From IMG/VR virus record IMGVR_UViG_3300009563_000549, positions 7,257-71,256 of that record: DNA of 64,000 nt; one strand, given 5' to 3'. A model generated the notes under the pieces. That model saw only the letters and a program-made list of their open reading frames with translations. It was not told the DNA's origin and searched no databases. The translations under genes and the position numbers were made by a program. This document shows, one piece after another, positions 63,701 to 64,000 of this stretch. This stretch comes from a virus. Taxonomy: Duplodnaviria; Caudoviricetes. The stretch's first letter is position 1; each line of letters starts with the position of its first letter.

Positions 63701-63943
63701 CTACTCCTCTTTCAACTCGATCGCTTCTTGCTCGAGGTCGAGACCCTCTCCATCGAACCACGCGAGGGCTTGGCCCTTGTCAAGGAAGGTGAGCTCGACA
63801 ACCGATGCGCTCAGGGCACCACCGGGCTCGAGCACCACCGCCGAGTAGGGCGAGACATAGTTGGCGACGTAGTAGGCGACGTCCATGCCCTTCAGCACGG
63901 GGGAGTCAAGGTCGAGGTCGAGCTCGAGGGTGGTCTTGAACAT
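63701..63943 (-). CDS. Hypothetical protein, paralog of 62182
   Basis: MFKTTLELDL...ELTFLDKGQALAWFDGEGLD; behind repeated cassette. Confidence 0.72.
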   Translation of the reverse strand: MFKTTLELDLDLDSPVLKGMDVAYYVANYVSPYSAVVLEPGGALSASVVELTFLDKGQALAWFDGEGLDLEQEAIELKEE

Positions 63944-64000
63944 TCTTTACTCCTTGTTGAGGGACCGGCTGCACCACCGGACATGATCTTATAATTCGGT
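63944..64000 (-). promoter_or_regulatory. Repeated promoter-leader-RBS cassette
   Basis: ACCGAATTATAAGATCATGTCCGGTGGTGCAGCCGGTCCCTCAACAAGGAGTAAAGA-ATG. Confidence 0.75.

Noticed and set aside
63036-63994. ORF 63036-63293 and plus-strand ORFs in the GC-rich end
   Set aside because: Expected by chance at high GC; the real starts are marked by the repeated AAGGAG leader on the minus strand.
51004-64000. Integron cassette array
   Set aside because: No integrase and no attC-like palindromes; array genes overlap one another, leaving no room for att sites.
1-64000. Stop-codon reassignment as seen in some large phages
   Set aside because: Conserved genes (ligase, topoisomerase, helicase) are full length in the standard code; TAA, TAG and TGA all end genes; no suppressor tRNA found.

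Overview
A 64 kb, mostly AT-rich segment of a large (jumbo-like) tailed dsDNA phage genome, with almost all genes on the minus strand. It carries replication and repair genes: a two-subunit T4-type topoisomerase II, ATP-dependent DNA ligase, a DinG/XPD-like Fe-S helicase, a minimal PolX and a Slx1-like GIY-YIG nuclease. Host-manipulation genes include SpoVR, YeaH/DUF444, a SpoT-type HD hydrolase, MazG, two NUDIX enzymes, an MT-A70 methylase, two ADP-ribosyltransferase-like proteins and Hsp20. There are also 14 tRNAs and a few structural genes. The main unexplained feature is a tandem array of 19 short, translationally coupled paralogous genes (51004-55750), plus an orphan copy at 45139. Each has a conserved ~25 aa head (MTWxFVxM...EK.L..CxG.LT) and a hypervariable Gly-X tail, and duplicated tail/head junctions point to recombinational shuffling. 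Other notable signals: (1) a recurrent LRxxIRExxxE helix on about 13 unrelated proteins, most sitting behind an ATAHWTA late-type motif, a candidate virion-cargo tag; (2) an ACCGAAT-TA early promoter class and repeated promoter/RBS cassettes in a GC-rich right end; (3) a tRNA-Thr(UGU) with a long variable arm and a tRNA-Ile(UAU); (4) a ligase-fold/nucleotidyltransferase cluster beside the tRNAs; (5) two candidate structured RNAs. All functional calls come from motif recognition by eye; no database searches were run.
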